Assembly (NCBI GenBank): GCA_902553145.1
Contig: CACDKD010000007.1
Coordinates: 7,726 to 71,725, forward strand
DNA from: an uncultured Gammaproteobacteria bacterium
GTDB taxonomy: Bacteria > Pseudomonadota > Gammaproteobacteria > Steroidobacterales > UBA11654
Direction: 5' to 3'
DNA: 64,000 nt
Shown here: positions 10,742-20,299 of the stretch, in pieces
Position numbering within the stretch: the first letter of the stretch is position 1
How the letters are laid out: each line of letters begins with the position of its first letter
Position numbers and translations under genes: made by a program
Notes under the pieces: generated by a model
The model's input: only the letters and a program-made list of their open reading frames with translations
The model's database searches: none
What the model was told of the DNA's origin: nothing

Positions 10742-11740
10742 TTGAATATAAACAAAAAAATTGTCCTAAAAAAGTCTCCTAAGGGTATTCCTAACGAAGG
10801 AGACTTTGAGCTGATTGAAGAAAAAATAGAAGCGCCCGGAGAAAACGAGTTTCTCAGTAAAACGATTCATCTTTCTCTAGATCCATACATCAGGGGTGTC
10901 ATTACAGGGAGACATATATATTCTGAAAAAGTGAATATCGGAGACACCATTGTCGGGAGAACAGTATCTGAGGTCATAGAATCAAATCATCCCGATTATC
11001 AAAAAGGAGAGCTTGTTCTTGCATCAAATGGATGGCAAGAGTTCGGAATATCCGATGGCGAAGGAGTGAGAAAGCTTAACGGACATCACGGAAAATTAAG
11101 CACTGCACTCGGCATCATGGGTATGCCGGGACTGACTGCATATGCAGGTTTGCTAACATACGGTGAGCCAAAAGAAGGGGATGTTCTTGTTGTTTCAGCT
11201 GCAAGTGGTCCAGTTGGATGCATGGTGGGTCAAATTGCTCAAATTCATGGCGTTGAAGTTATTGGGATTGCTGGATCAGATGAAAAATGCAATACGGTAA
11301 AAGACGTTTTTGGATTTAAAGATTGCATCAATTATAAGACGGAAGACATTGATCAGAGAATTAAAGAATTATGCCCCAATGGTGTAGATATTTATTTTGA
11401 TAATGTTGGTGGAGATACGCTCGACATCATGACAAGAAATCTGGCTTATGAGGCGAGAATAGTGTTGTGTGGATTTATGACCCAATATAATTTATCGACG
11501 CCACCGCCAGGTCCAAATTTAGGCCCGATTGTTGGAGCAAGGGCTACCATAAGAGGTGTCGTTGTCTACGATCATTACGATAAACAAGATGAATTTATTT
11601 CAAAGGCTGAGCAATGGCTTCAAGACGGTAAAGTAAAATTCATTGAAGATGAGGTTTTTGGAATTGAGAATACTCCTGCTCAGTTCTGTAAGTTAATGAG
11701 AGGGGAGAACTTTGGGAAAACAATCGTCACCATGCAGTGA
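10742..11740 (+). CDS. NADP-dependent oxidoreductase (CurA/prostaglandin-reductase-like MDR)
   Basis: LSLDPY, GMPGLTAY, SAASGPVG, YFDNVGG and GENFGK motifs; TTG start. Confidence 0.88.
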   Translation: MNINKKIVLKKSPKGIPNEGDFELIEEKIEAPGENEFLSKTIHLSLDPYIRGVITGRHIYSEKVNIGDTIVGRTVSEVIESNHPDYQKGELVLASNGWQEFGISDGEGVRKLNGHHGKLSTALGIMGMPGLTAYAGLLTYGEPKEGDVLVVSAASGPVGCMVGQIAQIHGVEVIGIAGSDEKCNTVKDVFGFKDCINYKTEDIDQRIKELCPNGVDIYFDNVGGDTLDIMTRNLAYEARIVLCGFMTQYNLSTPPPGPNLGPIVGARATIRGVVVYDHYDKQDEFISKAEQWLQDGKVKFIEDEVFGIENTPAQFCKLMRGENFGKTIVTMQ

Positions 11741-11766
11741 TTGATCTCATTGCATTCTTATGCCGA

Positions 11767-11794
11767 TTGACCTTCGATCAACATGTCATATAAT
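11767..11794 (+). promoter_or_regulatory. Putative sigma70 promoter for the 11830 gene
   Basis: TTGACC (11767-72), 16 nt, then TATAAT (11789-94), about 35 nt before the ATG. Confidence 0.5.
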
Positions 11795-11829
11795 CATTAA
11801 CACTATTTGGAACTAAAAGGGGGATTCCT

Positions 11830-12501
11830 ATGAGTGGTCATGACATAGCTTTATTGATCCATCTGTTGTTATTCGTTTACTGGCTTGGTGGAGACATTGG
11901 CGTCTTTTATTCAAGCGGTTTATCGGTGAATAGAAATTTGTCACGTGAGGCAAGACAAATGGCAGGGAAAATCATGATCAATCTGGATCTGATTCCGAGG
12001 CTTTGCTTAAGCTTGATGTTGACTGTTGGCGGTATTCTTACTGAATACTATGGTATTGATCATCCTACATGGCAATGGGTTGGAATTATCCTACTTGGAC
12101 CCGTTTGGTTTTGTGCATTGATTTACATGCATTTTAATGAAGGCACAGACCTGGTAAAGCAGATGACCAAAGTGGATTATGTTTTTAGATGGGTCATGGT
12201 TTTCACTTTATTGGCATCTGTTTATTATGGATTTTATACAGATCGACTGGATGCTGAGCCATGGGTGGGATATAAGCTCGTTGTGTTCGCAGGTCTGATT
12301 TTTTGTGGAATCATGATCAGAAAATATATCGGTGGATTCATCAAAGGCATACATAACATAGCAATTGATAACATCAATGAAGCAGACGATATAGAGATGA
12401 AAGCAAGCTTAGATAAAGCAAGAATCTTTGTTCTTAGTATTTGGGTTTTACTTATCGTTGAAGCATGGATCGGCATCGCCAAACCTGGAAGTATGAGCTA
12501 A
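11830..12501 (+). CDS. Uncharacterised multi-pass membrane protein
   Basis: About 6 hydrophobic segments, N-terminal HLLLFVYWLGGDIG, RBS present; family not recognised. Confidence 0.8.
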   Translation: MSGHDIALLIHLLLFVYWLGGDIGVFYSSGLSVNRNLSREARQMAGKIMINLDLIPRLCLSLMLTVGGILTEYYGIDHPTWQWVGIILLGPVWFCALIYMHFNEGTDLVKQMTKVDYVFRWVMVFTLLASVYYGFYTDRLDAEPWVGYKLVVFAGLIFCGIMIRKYIGGFIKGIHNIAIDNINEADDIEMKASLDKARIFVLSIWVLLIVEAWIGIAKPGSMS

Positions 12502-13709
12502 GAAATTTGTAACACTTTCTTTTTGTCGCCTGAGCGAACAAGGAGGAAACACAGATAACACAAACAAGTTGAAAGCCAGACAATAATAGCAATTGGAAAG
12601 AATTCCCCAGCATATATTGATCCAGATAAAATACTGAATAAGCCTCCAGTGACTAAACCCAATGAGCTAGAGAGTCCTGAGCTTGCACCAGCTATGTTGG
12701 GGAAATCACTGACTGCTTTAGCCATAGACATGGAAACAATAAAGCCATGAGCAAAAAACATCAGAGAGAGTGGAAAGACTATAGAGAAAATATTTGTGCC
12801 TGTGAGATATATCAATGATGCAAATAAAAATCCTGCCAACAGATTAAGTATTGCTCCTGTATTTAAAACTCGCATAAGTCCTATTCTGGCTGTTAGATTT
12901 CCTGCAAAAAATGATGCCGATGCATATAAAATCGTCAATGAGCTCCAAACCAAACCAAATCCTGTGCTATCAATGCCTAGATCTCTGGAAAAAACAGTTG
13001 AACCAACAGCTAAGATTGCAAAGAAACTTCCCGTAGTGAATCCATAGATAAATGTCGATCCAACAAAGATCTCTGATCTCAGAAGTTTGTAATAATTCTT
13101 ATACCAAGCAGTTTGAGCCCTTTCTGGATCGCCCTTAATGACTGTTTCTGGCAAAAAGAGGAGGACTGGAACAAGAATCAAAATTCCGATCAATAGAGTA
13201 ATCATAAATATTCCGTTTGGTGACCCCGATATGGAGAGTGCAATTGCTCCAATAACAGGTGCAATCATTGGAGCCATGCCCATTGTGGCTGTCACTCTAG
13301 ATAGTGATTTTGCAGCCTGATCGCCAACATAACTGTCTCTGATAATTGCTCTTGATGTCACGGTACCAACACTCCCTCCGACTCCTTGTAAAAATCTTGC
13401 AAAGATCAATGTTGAAAGAGTCTCTGCTGTCATGCAAATGTATGAGGCAATAATGAATAAAATGATTCCTGAGATCATTACGGGCTTCCTGCCAAGCTTA
13501 TCGGATAAAAAACCCATGAATGGCTGAGAAATCGCTAAACCAAATAAATAAGCTGAAATGATGAACTGTATGATGGAATAACTCGATTGGAACTCATTTG
13601 CAAATAGTTCCAGTGTTGGAACGACAATTGCCATGCCAAAAGGAGACATACCGCTCGCGAATCCCAAAAGGAGAGTAGAGGGTTTTCTAGGACTTAATGA
13701 CTTAGTCAA
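12498..13709 (-). CDS. Bcr/CflA-family MFS efflux transporter
   Basis: LSDKLGRKP, ARFLQG, RAIIRD and LPET motifs; about 12 TMs. Confidence 0.88.
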   Translation of the reverse strand: MTKSLSPRKPSTLLLGFASGMSPFGMAIVVPTLELFANEFQSSYSIIQFIISAYLFGLAISQPFMGFLSDKLGRKPVMISGIILFIIASYICMTAETLSTLIFARFLQGVGGSVGTVTSRAIIRDSYVGDQAAKSLSRVTATMGMAPMIAPVIGAIALSISGSPNGIFMITLLIGILILVPVLLFLPETVIKGDPERAQTAWYKNYYKLLRSEIFVGSTFIYGFTTGSFFAILAVGSTVFSRDLGIDSTGFGLVWSSLTILYASASFFAGNLTARIGLMRVLNTGAILNLLAGFLFASLIYLTGTNIFSIVFPLSLMFFAHGFIVSMSMAKAVSDFPNIAGASSGLSSSLGLVTGGLFSILSGSIYAGEFFPIAIIVWLSTCLCYLCFLLVRSGDKKKVLQIS

Positions 13710-14640
13710 TCTTAGAAATCAATTCGGGTATGAACTCAAAAAGATCTGCAACGATACCGATGTCTGCAATCTCAAAAATTGGAGCATCTGCATCTTTATT
13801 GACAGCAACTATTGTTCCAGCGTCCTTGATTCCTGCTATGTGTTGGATGGCTCCTGAGATACCGAGAGCAAAGTAAAGCTCAGGAGCAATGATCTTTCCT
13901 GTTTGCCCAACTTGCATATCATTGGGAACAAAACCTGCATCGACTGCTGCTCTTGATGCGCCAACTGAAGCTCCAAGCTTATCAGCCAATTCATACAGTA
14001 ATTCAAAATTTTCTGCACTACCAACTCCTCGGCCTCCAGAAATAACTGTTGATGCAACTTGAAGATCGGGTCTTTCTGTTTTTTCAGATTGAACCCCTCC
14101 ATATTTTGTATGACTTGGAATCTCTACCGTTGGCATATCAGTATCAATGACATTTGCATTGTTGGAATTACCTAGCTCTTTGAAAGATGCAGTCCTGACT
14201 GTTGCCAGTATCTTTTTGTCTTCTGCTACTTTTATTGTTTGTATTGCATTGCCCGCATAAATTGGTCTTTTAAACAATCTTGGTCCTTCTACTGACATGA
14301 TGTCGGTGACTTGATTGACATCGAGTATTGCAGAAATTCTAGGGGCCAAGTCTCTTCCAAATGTAGTAGATGGCAAAAGTATGCAGTCGTAGTCATTTGC
14401 TATCTCTGCTACCACCGGTGCCATGCTTGATGCGATCGGATGCTCAAATGCTTCGTCACTTATCGAGAGAACATTTTTTACTGAATCAATCTTGCTTGCT
14501 TGCGGCGAAATAATGGAATCTTTTTCTAGCACCAAAATATCGATGTCTTCTGAAATTTCAGTTGCGCAGTTTACTGCTTTGGATGTTGATGTGAGAAGAC
14601 TGCCATCAAAATGATCTGCAACTATAAGTACCTTGCTCAT
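13702..14640 (-). CDS. etfA: Electron transfer flavoprotein alpha subunit
   Basis: RPIYAGNA, SGGRG, GASRAAVDAG, QVGQTGK and GISGAIQH motifs. Confidence 0.96.
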   Translation of the reverse strand: MSKVLIVADHFDGSLLTSTSKAVNCATEISEDIDILVLEKDSIISPQASKIDSVKNVLSISDEAFEHPIASSMAPVVAEIANDYDCILLPSTTFGRDLAPRISAILDVNQVTDIMSVEGPRLFKRPIYAGNAIQTIKVAEDKKILATVRTASFKELGNSNNANVIDTDMPTVEIPSHTKYGGVQSEKTERPDLQVASTVISGGRGVGSAENFELLYELADKLGASVGASRAAVDAGFVPNDMQVGQTGKIIAPELYFALGISGAIQHIAGIKDAGTIVAVNKDADAPIFEIADIGIVADLFEFIPELISKID

Positions 14641-15389
14641 GACATTAACCCTTTTTCCTTAAGCGCTGTAAACAGCTGATCAACGTCTTCAACCATGACG
14701 CCTGATTCTCGTGGAGGAGGCGGTGTGACACTGATCACCTCAATCGAAGAGCTGAAGTCTGTTTCCATTTCAGATGACTCAATGACATCGAGAGTCTTTT
14801 TCTTTGCTTTCATAATGTCAGGGAGCTTCACATATCTTGGTTCATTCAACCTAAGATCGGTTGTGATGATTGCAGGCAGATCAATCTCAAGCGTTTCTAA
14901 ACCCTGATCAATCTCTCTGACAACTGTCGCCGTGTCACCGTCTATTGATACTTGTGAAACAAAAGTGGCTTGTGGAATTGAACATAGCTGAGCGAGTATC
15001 TGACCAGTTTGGCTGCAATCGTCATCGATGGCTTGCTTGCCCATCAGGATTAAACCGGGTTTTTCTTTTTCAACTATTTCAGAGAGCGCTTTTGCAACAG
15101 TCAGAGGCTCTATTTCCTCATCGTGCTTTATGAGAACTGCCCGATCTGCTCCCATGGCCAATCCTGTCCTCAGTTGCTGTTGGGAATCATCTGGTCCAAT
15201 TGAAACGACGATGACTTCTGAAGCATCTCCACTTTCTTTAATCCTAAGGGCTTCTTCTAGAGCTATTTCATCAAAAGGATTGATGCTCATTTTTACCCCT
15301 TCCGTAACGACTCCTGTTTCATCAGGCTTAACTCTTATCTTGACGTTGTAGTCAATAACGCGCTTTATGCAAACTAATATCTTTTCCAT
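14637..15389 (-). CDS. etfB: Electron transfer flavoprotein beta subunit
   Basis: NPFDEIALEEA, GKQAIDDD and DLRLNEPRY motifs. Confidence 0.96.
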   Translation of the reverse strand: MEKILVCIKRVIDYNVKIRVKPDETGVVTEGVKMSINPFDEIALEEALRIKESGDASEVIVVSIGPDDSQQQLRTGLAMGADRAVLIKHDEEIEPLTVAKALSEIVEKEKPGLILMGKQAIDDDCSQTGQILAQLCSIPQATFVSQVSIDGDTATVVREIDQGLETLEIDLPAIITTDLRLNEPRYVKLPDIMKAKKKTLDVIESSEMETDFSSSIEVISVTPPPPRESGVMVEDVDQLFTALKEKGLMS

Positions 15390-15484
15390 GGGTTATTTTT
15401 GTGCTTGTCTTGTGAACAGTTATATAATTTGAAGTATTCTGACCTAAAATGACGGAAAATAACAGCTAAATCAGGAGAAGAGAA

Positions 15485-15985
15485 GTCAAAAGCAAAATCG
15501 TAAAATTAATCCCAATCATAGTCATTAATTTGGCTGTTATTGGATGTGCCTCAGATGGGGAACTCACTGGAACAAAATCAAGCATTAATACCAGTAAAAG
15601 ATCATCATGCTTTAATACTTCCAGCATCAATGATTATGAAGTGTTAGATAGGGGAAACCTAATTGTATATGGAAGGCCGAGAAAAAGAGCGTACCATCTT
15701 AAAATCAGTCCTGCCAATCTCGATCTTGGTGGATCTGACATGATCAGTTTTAGAAGTTGGACTGGTCGAATATGCGGTTACGCTGGGGATGAGCTGATCA
15801 TCGCAAATGATATCTTTCAACCAAGGTATTCCATTGTCAATGTTACTGAGCTCGATGAAACAGGACTATATAACCTAATGGTTCAATTTGGAAAAGCAGA
15901 ACCCTTGGAGGAAGTGGAACCAGAAGTCACTGGTGAACCAGAAATTACAAGAGAACTAGACAAAACAGATAGGGAGGAATCATGA
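15485..15985 (+). CDS. Putative lipoprotein (resembles DUF6491 family); start proposed at non-canonical GTC 15485
   Basis: In-frame extension gives xKSKIVKLIPIIVINLAVIG-C, a complete lipoprotein signal peptide. AGGAG at 15473-77; in-frame TAA at 15467. Confidence 0.7.
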   Translation, partial: VKSKIVKLIPIIVINLAVIGCASDGELTGTKSSINTSKRSSCFNTSSINDYEVLDRGNLIVYGRPRKRAYHLKISPANLDLGGSDMISFRSWTGRICGYAGDELIIANDIFQPRYSIVNVTELDETGLYNLMVQFGKAEPLEEVEPEVTGEPEITRELDKTDREES

Positions 15986-16716
15986 GCGATAAAGAAAGTA
16001 TCACGCAAATTGACCATGAAACAGTCATGGGGAAAATTATTTATCTCTCAAACAAGGAGGATAGAAAGGGGAAAGAAAGAGGGAGAGAATATTTCATCAT
16101 CAATAAGCACGCAAATGGTCACAGAAAAATAGTGGCTCATTGTGAAATTGATGATCGCCCAGCAGTTATGAGAGACATCACATACTCCTTAGACGAAAAC
16201 TGGCTTCCAACAGATTGTTTTGTAAGAATCTCAGTCGATGACCAATTCATGGGATCCGGATGGTTTAATTTTAGTGATGGGCATGCTGAGTGTGAAACAA
16301 CTACAGCTCTCGAAGGCCGAGTAAGTCAGAAAATGGAAACAAATGGACACTTAAAAACTTTTCAGAACCATGCGATTGCTTGCGATGCATGGCATTTGAG
16401 GCTTTTTGATAGGAATAGTGATGAGAAAATTCAAAACACAGGTGAGATACTTTTATCTTCTCCGGATCATCGCGGAGCCTCCGGACCAATGCTTTTTCCA
16501 ATCACGATGAATATAGAGTATGTAGGTGAAGAAACAGTTACAGTTGGAGCCGGGACCTTTGATGCGTTGCATTTTAGATTTGTAGGTACACCGGGCTTGC
16601 CAGAAGAACATCCGCCTTATGATATATGGTGCACAAACGACGGTGATTATCTTTTCTTGAAAGGTGCGGTCGGTGGATACATGCAAACCTACTATGAGCT
16701 AGTTGATCTTTACTAG
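15982..16716 (+). CDS. Uncharacterised protein, paralogue of 28475-29179 (C-terminal DUF3108-like motif)
   Basis: ATGA overlap with the upstream gene, GGAGG RBS, GEETVTVGAGTFDA motif; clear similarity to the 28475 ORF. Confidence 0.85.
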   Translation: MSDKESITQIDHETVMGKIIYLSNKEDRKGKERGREYFIINKHANGHRKIVAHCEIDDRPAVMRDITYSLDENWLPTDCFVRISVDDQFMGSGWFNFSDGHAECETTTALEGRVSQKMETNGHLKTFQNHAIACDAWHLRLFDRNSDEKIQNTGEILLSSPDHRGASGPMLFPITMNIEYVGEETVTVGAGTFDALHFRFVGTPGLPEEHPPYDIWCTNDGDYLFLKGAVGGYMQTYYELVDLY

Positions 16717-16810
16717 CATTATGTGGTGAAATAACAACATGTTTGGTAGGCAACTGTCAAATCTATATAGTATGATTTACCAGACAATTTTTTTAAATAG
16801 GGGAATTTAT

Positions 16811-19372
16811 ATGAAAAAGCTAATTGTTTTATCTAGTGTTTTCTTCGTCGTAATGAGTGGGGTCTTATCTCCAGGATTGTACGCACAAGATACATTGGAG
16901 GAAATAGTTGTTACAGCTCGTAAAAGACAGGAAAACCTGTCTGAAATCCCGCTTTCTATATCAGTCTTTACCGAAGAAGATATTAAGGAAAGTGGATTCA
17001 AAAACCTTGAAGATCTTTCATTGCAAGTTGCTGGTTTTCAGCATTCTGGTCAGGGCGGTCAAGCGCCAGGAAGGGTTAATTCGCAATTGAGATTCAGAGG
17101 CATGAACGTCAACAGTCTATCTGAGGACCCATCACTAAATATTGCAACAATGTTTGTGGATGGAATTTATGTGATTGGTGGTTATCACTCAATACCATTG
17201 GAAGAGGTTTCTCGAGTTGAGGTTGTAAAAGGGCCTCAGTCGGCTCTATACGGGCGTTCTACTTTTGGTGGAGCAGTAAACTATATTACAAAGGATCCAA
17301 ACACAGAAGAAACTGAAGGAAGCATTGATCTAACGCTTGGTGAAGATGGAGAGATGATCTTTTACGGCTCCTTCGAAGGCCCTATTACAGATATGCTGTC
17401 TGGACGTATTGCGGTTAAGTCTTACGAAAGAGATGGAATATTTACCGCTTCAGATGGCGGTGATATGGGTGCCGAGCAGACAGAATCGATCATTGGTAGC
17501 CTTGTTGCTAAGGGCGATAACTGGAAATTAAAGCTTAGAGCTTTCCACAGTGAAGACAGAGACGGTGGACCTGCTGGTGGTTATATCCTTGGATACAGGA
17601 ATGACACGTGCACTGGAAAAACAGTTTCAACTGGCGATCCAGCTAATCCAACTGTAAATCCAACACTTTATGTCTGCGGTAACGTTCCAGGACCTGGGCA
17701 AGCAATAGATTATTTCGGCGGCACTAATGTCATCGATATGAATACCGTAATGAGCTCACTTGCATCTAATTGGTTATTTGGTGGAAGCCCGGTTTCTGAG
17801 AGTTTTGATGGGAAAGTTCCTACACTCGCTGTAGGTTCGCACGGTATGGCTAGAGACGTTGATCGAATCAATGCAAATTTCTCATATGACATGGATAACG
17901 GTGGAACCATTGAAGCCAGTGCTGGATACAATCATGTTGCTACAATGTGGGTGAGAGACTTTGACTACAGTGCTAATAGCAACTCTACATCTAGAGACCC
18001 TTACATCTCTCATGATAGAACTTATGATATTAAATACATAAGCAATCAAGATGGTCGTCTTAGATGGCTGATTGGTGCCAATAGATATCAGCAAAACTTT
18101 ATCCATAGAGGACAAGGTGGAGCGATTATTATTGAGTGTGTAAATAGCTTTGGTATGCCTATACCTTGGGGTGGAGCAGATATCTCTAACCCATCTAATC
18201 GACCATGTGCACCTTTCTTGCCAAATGGTTACAGAGGCAATAACTCTGTTGATACAGGTGCTGGTAACAATTCAGACGATGTTATATCGCAAGGCATATA
18301 TCTTGGTATCGATTACGATATCAGTGACACACTTACTCTTAGTGTAGAAGTCAGAAAACAAAAAGAGGAAATTGAACAAATCCTTGCTAGAACAAATATC
18401 AACCAGCTTGACTTTGATAGCACTCTTCCTAGGGTGATCTTAAGATACACTCCAAATGATAACTCAATGATTTATGCGAGTTTCTCACAAGGAGTGCTTC
18501 CAGGTAAAGCCAACGATGCTGTGGCGAATGCAACAGACTATGAGCTAGAGCAATACAGAGCCACTCAACCAAACGTGAGGAGATTTCTTGAAGAAGAAGA
18601 ACTCGATAGCATTGAAATTGGTTGGAAAGGAACACTGTTAGATGGTAGAGCAACACTTGCAGTTGCACTATATCAAGCGGACTGGGCTAACCAAAAAGGT
18701 AGAAGTACTGCCGTTGTAAATGAATCTTGCAGAGCGGCCGATATTGGTGGAACTGCTGCCAATAGGGTTTGTAATGCAATAGGTGACCAAGTCAGAGATA
18801 CAGAAGGCAACCTTGTCTATAACGTAAGAAACTTCGCTACAATGGGTGATTCTGAGATTTCCGGTATTGAAATTGAGGGTAACATTGCCCTGGATGATAA
18901 CTGGACATTGACAGGAACACTTGGAATGGCTGACTCTGAGTTCAATGACTATCAGTACAACTTTGTAAGCGCTTTTGCGAAATACTCTCAGATGGCTGGC
19001 AATACAATGCCTAGATATCCTGAAGATATGGGTTCATTGAGTGCTTCATACAAAAACACCATGAATAATGGTTGGGATATGTTCTTCAGAGCAGACCTTA
19101 ACTATTTCGGTGAAACGTATGCTGATGAGAGTAACTTAGCTACTTGTGACAGCTATACTCTTATGAATGCTCGTGGTGGTATTCAAAGAGATAACCTACG
19201 CATGGAACTATACGTTAATAATGTAACCGATGAGGAAGCATGGTCTGCTTGCACAAGATGGAGTGACTTTGCATCTCCTAGTGTTTTTGCATTATTCACT
19301 GCCTTCCAAGGTATTTCTGTGTCTCCATTGAGGCCTAGAAATATGGGTGTTAGAATTTCTTATGATTTCTAA
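16811..19372 (+). CDS. TonB-dependent receptor
   Basis: Signal peptide from ATG 16811, EEIVVTARKR TonB-box region, RVEVVKGPQSALYGRSTFGGAVN plug motif, terminal aromatic strand ending in YDF. Confidence 0.95.
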   Translation: MKKLIVLSSVFFVVMSGVLSPGLYAQDTLEEIVVTARKRQENLSEIPLSISVFTEEDIKESGFKNLEDLSLQVAGFQHSGQGGQAPGRVNSQLRFRGMNVNSLSEDPSLNIATMFVDGIYVIGGYHSIPLEEVSRVEVVKGPQSALYGRSTFGGAVNYITKDPNTEETEGSIDLTLGEDGEMIFYGSFEGPITDMLSGRIAVKSYERDGIFTASDGGDMGAEQTESIIGSLVAKGDNWKLKLRAFHSEDRDGGPAGGYILGYRNDTCTGKTVSTGDPANPTVNPTLYVCGNVPGPGQAIDYFGGTNVIDMNTVMSSLASNWLFGGSPVSESFDGKVPTLAVGSHGMARDVDRINANFSYDMDNGGTIEASAGYNHVATMWVRDFDYSANSNSTSRDPYISHDRTYDIKYISNQDGRLRWLIGANRYQQNFIHRGQGGAIIIECVNSFGMPIPWGGADISNPSNRPCAPFLPNGYRGNNSVDTGAGNNSDDVISQGIYLGIDYDISDTLTLSVEVRKQKEEIEQILARTNINQLDFDSTLPRVILRYTPNDNSMIYASFSQGVLPGKANDAVANATDYELEQYRATQPNVRRFLEEEELDSIEIGWKGTLLDGRATLAVALYQADWANQKGRSTAVVNESCRAADIGGTAANRVCNAIGDQVRDTEGNLVYNVRNFATMGDSEISGIEIEGNIALDDNWTLTGTLGMADSEFNDYQYNFVSAFAKYSQMAGNTMPRYPEDMGSLSASYKNTMNNGWDMFFRADLNYFGETYADESNLATCDSYTLMNARGGIQRDNLRMELYVNNVTDEEAWSACTRWSDFASPSVFALFTAFQGISVSPLRPRNMGVRISYDF

Positions 19373-19392
19373 TCATTAATTGAAGTTCAATT

Positions 19393-19428
19393 AAAAAACC
19401 CTGGCTGGAAACAGCTGGGGTTTTTTTT
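19393..19428 (+). terminator. Rho-independent terminator
   Basis: A6-CCCTGGCTG-GAAA-CAGCTGGGG-T8 directly after the receptor gene. Confidence 0.85.
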
Positions 19429-19456
19429 AATCTTCTTTTGTGGTTTTATTTAAATT

Positions 19457-20299
19457 ATGAAATATAAATGTTTTAAATATAGTCTTAATGATCATATTGC
19501 TCATGTGATTCTATCAAGGGGTGATGAGCTAAATACAATGATCAAGGACTTCTGGACTGAGCTGCCAAATTTGATCGATGAGATTTCAGATGAAGGTCAA
19601 GCGAGAGTTATATTGATATCTGCAGAAGGCAAACATTTTACTGCTGGGATGGATCTTGGAAATTTTACCGATTCCGAACTCGCTGAAAAAAATAAACATC
19701 AAGGTCTTCAGAATGAAGCCATTTATCGCCTGACAAAAGACTTGCAATACAGCTTCTCATCGCTAGAAAAGTCTCGCATTCCAGTGATTGTTGCAATTAA
19801 TGGAGCGTGCGTAGGGGGAGGGGTGGATATGATCAGTGCCTGTGATATCCGATATGCTACAAAGGATGCATTCTTTTGCATTCAAGAGACAAATTTAGGG
19901 CTAGTCGCAGATGTCGGCACACTTCAGAGATTACCGAAGCTCATCCCAGAAGGCATTGTCAGAGAATTAGCCCTCACAGGCAGAAAGCTTAGAGCAGATG
20001 AGGCAGAGAAATTTGGTCTGATTAGTGAGATTTTTGATGACCAAGAATCCATGCTTAATCATGCCATGGATATGGCAAGAGAAATAGCTAGCAAGTCTCC
20101 CTTAGCAATCAGTGGCATCAAAGAGGTGATCAATTACAGTCGTGATCACAGCGTGGATGAATCGCTCAATTATGTTGCCCTGTGGAATGCCGCAATGAAA
20201 TATGAAGACGATTTAAAAGAAACCTTCATTGCAAAAATGGAAAAGAGAGAAGAGAAGTTTGAAGGGTTAAAAAAGAAAGGCAAATATTTCAAAAATTAA
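19457..20299 (+). CDS. Crotonase/enoyl-CoA hydratase family protein (dienoyl-CoA isomerase-like)
   Basis: FTAGMDL, GACVGGGVDMISACDIRY and ADVGTLQRLP motifs. Confidence 0.9.
   Translation: MKYKCFKYSLNDHIAHVILSRGDELNTMIKDFWTELPNLIDEISDEGQARVILISAEGKHFTAGMDLGNFTDSELAEKNKHQGLQNEAIYRLTKDLQYSFSSLEKSRIPVIVAINGACVGGGVDMISACDIRYATKDAFFCIQETNLGLVADVGTLQRLPKLIPEGIVRELALTGRKLRADEAEKFGLISEIFDDQESMLNHAMDMAREIASKSPLAISGIKEVINYSRDHSVDESLNYVALWNAAMKYEDDLKETFIAKMEKREEKFEGLKKKGKYFKN

Noticed and set aside
16717-16810. Cobalamin or TPP riboswitch, or Fur box, ahead of the TonB receptors (also 58700-58891)
   Set aside because: Leaders are short and AT-rich with no recognisable riboswitch core or GATAATGATAATCATTATC-like box.
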